This document shows, piece by piece, positions 61,900-64,000 of a DNA stretch of 64,000 bases. Position 1 is the stretch's first letter; every line of letters begins with the position of its first letter. The notes under the pieces were generated by a model. The model worked only from the letters and a program-made list of their open reading frames with translations. It was not told the origin of the DNA and did no database searches. The DNA is from Gemmatimonadales bacterium (GTDB lineage: Bacteria; Gemmatimonadota; Gemmatimonadetes; Gemmatimonadales; GWC2-71-9), in NCBI GenBank assembly GCA_035500495.1, contig DATJXC010000008.1:19150-83149 (forward strand), given 5' to 3'. The position numbers and the translations under genes are program-made.

Positions 61900-64000
61900 T
61901 CAGCGCTTCGGCCCCACCAGGATCGCATTCGTCACCAGGCGCGCCGTCCCGCGCCAGAACCCGCGGAACAGCGGATCACCCAGGAACAGCACGACCCGAC
62001 CGTCACCGCGGTTCTCGACCACCGCCCAGGTGGTGTTCTTGAGCAGGCGTTCGGTGTTGTCCGGCCAGGTGTACCCGGAGAGAGTCAGGCCGCCGCTGGC
62101 CCCGCCGGTGAACGCCACCGGGTTGGCTCCTCCCTTGGACGGTTTCCAGAAGGTGCTGCCGTCCAGGTACACGGCCAGCTCCGGCTGCTCGTAGCCGAGG
62201 GTGAGCCAGTGGGTCCGGTCGAGCGTCGCTCGGAAGATCGAGCCCGGAAGCCACTCGGGCTTGTCGCGGGACGGCGCCGTGGAAGAGGCGATCGGCGGCG
62301 CATCGCCCTTGATGGTGGTGTCGGCTTTGGCGCCGGTATCCGCACCGACGGCCACGATGGTCGAGAGACCGACGTCTTTGTTCGCGGCGAAGTCTCCGGC
62401 GCCCCCGATGCCGATGAGGACCCCACCCGAGCTGACCCAGGCCTTGAGCTTCGTCACCCCGTCGTCGCCCAGCTGCCGTTTGATCATGCTGCCCGAGCCG
62501 TCGGGGATGATGATCGTGTTGAAGCGCGCCAGGTCGTCCATCGAGCCGAGGCTGCGCAGGGCCACCGGGGTGAACGGGGTCGAGAGGTCCTGCTGCAGGA
62601 AGTACCAGACCCAGCCGTAGCTCGTTTCCGAAATGCCGTCGCCCGCGGCGACCAGAATCCTCGGGGGCTGGAGGCTGACCACCGGGTCCGAGCCGGTCCC
62701 CACGTTGCCGCTGTCGGCGAAGGCGCTTTGCACCGCGGTGACGGCGACCCCGTTGGCGGGTCCGAGCGCGGCGATGCGTTCGTGAAGAGTGGCGGGATTG
62801 CGCTGCACCCGCGCGATGAAGCTGCCACGCGGCCAGGAGCGGCCATCGGCGCGAACCGGCTGCAGCGCCACGGCGACGCGGAACCCCTCTCGCTCGAGGG
62901 CGAGCGCCAGACGCGCCGCCCCGAGGTTGTCGTTGGTGAAGACGTAAGCGGAGGCGGCGTGGGCGGGGGGCGCGGGCGACGGCAGCGTGGTGTCGGTGAC
63001 GGCGGTGGCCGTCACGGTGCCGGCATCCTCGGTCCAGTACGCTTCGAGGTTGAAGGTGTACGGCAATGACCACGCGGTCACATCGTAGAACCCGTACTCC
63101 TCTTTGTCGGCATCTTCGCCGCGGCGGCGGTTCCGGGTGTAGCGCGCCAGCTGCTCGGAGACGAACGACCGGTCGAGCACGGCGTCGGGCTCGAGCAACG
63201 CCTTCGCGAGCCGGCGCTGTGGCTGATTCAGGTCGATCACGTAACTGCCGGCCGGGAGGGTGCGGCGTCCCGCCGTGCCGCCGAGATAGGGGTGCGCGGT
63301 AGAGGCGACAGCGTCCTGACTCAATCGCGACACTTCGATTCCGCTATGCAGCAACAGCCCCACCACGTGGGCCGTCATCCGCGGATCGGTCCCGGGAACC
63401 AGGACGATTCGTTTCATTTTGTCGGTCGCCGCTTCGTCGAGCGCCGACCGACGGAATGCGTCGTAATCGCGCAGCCTGGCCTCGCGGTTCTTGGCGGCGG
63501 TCTCCAGGGTCGTGAGCGATGCGATGAAGTGATGGGCGATCCCGTCCCGGAAAGTCGAGATGGTGCCGTCGTCCCGGCGGGTGGCGTAGGACGGCCCGCC
63601 GTCGGTCTCGTAGGTCATCCCCGTGGCACCCTGGAACGAGGACCATTCATCCCAATAGCCGACGTAGAAGAAGTCGAACACGCCGCGCACGAAATACTGC
63701 CACCCGTAATGGTCGAACGCCGCCCCGTTGGCCCGGCCGAACACGTCGAACCAGCGGGTGGTCTGGACGGGGAGATTCTGGTTGACGGCGGGCGCCACGG
63801 GCGGGAAGAAGAACGTCTGGGTCGTGCTGTGATGGTCGACGAACACCTGCGGATGCCACCGCAACAGGCCGTCCATCAGGACGCGCGCCTCGGGCTGGCT
63901 CTGCGCGACGAGATCCCGGTTCATGTCGAAACGGAAGTGGGTGTAGCGGCCGGTGATACTCCACGGCTCGTCGTTCTCGAAGGCCGCGGGGAGGGCGTCG
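61900..64000 (-). CDS. M14-family zinc carboxypeptidase-like protein with a large C-terminal domain (5' end beyond the right edge)
   Basis: The frame stays open upstream of the listed ATG (63924) to the window edge (...DALPAAFENDEPWSITGRYTHFRFDMNRDL..QPE...VFVDHHS), matching the M14 core (DxNRD, QPE, DxH). Confidence 0.8.
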   Translation of the reverse strand, partial: DALPAAFENDEPWSITGRYTHFRFDMNRDLVAQSQPEARVLMDGLLRWHPQVFVDHHSTTQTFFFPPVAPAVNQNLPVQTTRWFDVFGRANGAAFDHYGWQYFVRGVFDFFYVGYWDEWSSFQGATGMTYETDGGPSYATRRDDGTISTFRDGIAHHFIASLTTLETAAKNREARLRDYDAFRRSALDEAATDKMKRIVLVPGTDPRMTAHVVGLLLHSGIEVSRLSQDAVASTAHPYLGGTAGRRTLPAGSYVIDLNQPQRRLAKALLEPDAVLDRSFVSEQLARYTRNRRRGEDADKEEYGFYDVTAWSLPYTFNLEAYWTEDAGTVTATAVTDTTLPSPAPPAHAASAYVFTNDNLGAARLALALEREGFRVAVALQPVRADGRSWPRGSFIARVQRNPATLHERIAALGPANGVAVTAVQSAFADSGNVGTGSDPVVSLQPPRILVAAGDGISETSYGWVWYFLQQDLSTPFTPVALRSLGSMDDLARFNTIIIPDGSGSMIKRQLGDDGVTKLKAWVSSGGVLIGIGGAGDFAANKDVGLSTIVAVGADTGAKADTTIKGDAPPIASSTAPSRDKPEWLPGSIFRATLDRTHWLTLGYEQPELAVYLDGSTFWKPSKGGANPVAFTGGASGGLTLSGYTWPDNTERLLKNTTWAVVENRGDGRVVLFLGDPLFRGFWRGTARLVTNAILVGPKR

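Noticed and set aside
1-64000. Mobile elements, prophage, tRNA and rRNA genes
   Set aside because: No transposase, integrase or phage-like ORF was recognised. No non-coding gap exceeds about 160 nt, and none shows tRNA-like structure by eye. This is not a formal tRNAscan.

Overview
This is a GC-rich, gene-dense chromosomal segment with strong G/C third-codon-position bias. It comes from a diderm bacterium, judging by an Omp85-type outer-membrane protein, lipoprotein and Tat signal peptides, and a TolB-like propeller. A Gemmatimonadota-like lineage is only a low-confidence guess. I can support 57 protein-coding genes, almost all housekeeping or metabolic: thyX, gyrA, leuS, selD, rnhA, argC-argB-argD plus a GNAT, serA with a class-V aminotransferase, a thiolase and 3-hydroxybutyryl-CoA dehydrogenase, amidohydrolases, peptidases (M1, S41, M14), an ECF sigma/anti-sigma pair, an MCP, a REC-GAF-GGDEF regulator and a Ser/Thr kinase. 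I saw no rRNA, tRNA, CRISPR array, transposase, integrase or phage gene. Many long ORFs in the supplied track are antisense or out-of-frame shadows typical of high-GC DNA, and several real genes start well inside the listed ORF. Short overlapping stop/start junctions (TTGA, GTGA, ATGA) are frequent. The strongest non-genic signal is a dispersed family of tandem 7-nt repeat arrays at 13 or more loci. Most are arranged as inverted arrays (hairpins) that fill intergenic gaps from stop codon to stop or start codon. Some sit inside coding sequence: in leuS, in a metallophosphoesterase, and in the signal-peptide regions of two exported proteins. The second notable signal is a recoded selD. An in-frame UGA at the catalytic Cys/Sec position, followed by a SECIS-like hairpin, made the ORF track truncate the gene. 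Smaller observations include an ARG-box-like AT island overlapping the argC start codon, a phased TAGCTGNCAG motif cluster in a divergent promoter region, a cupredoxin fused to a beta-barrel-like domain, and a histone-H1-like basic protein. All functional calls rest on motif recognition by eye; no database search was possible.
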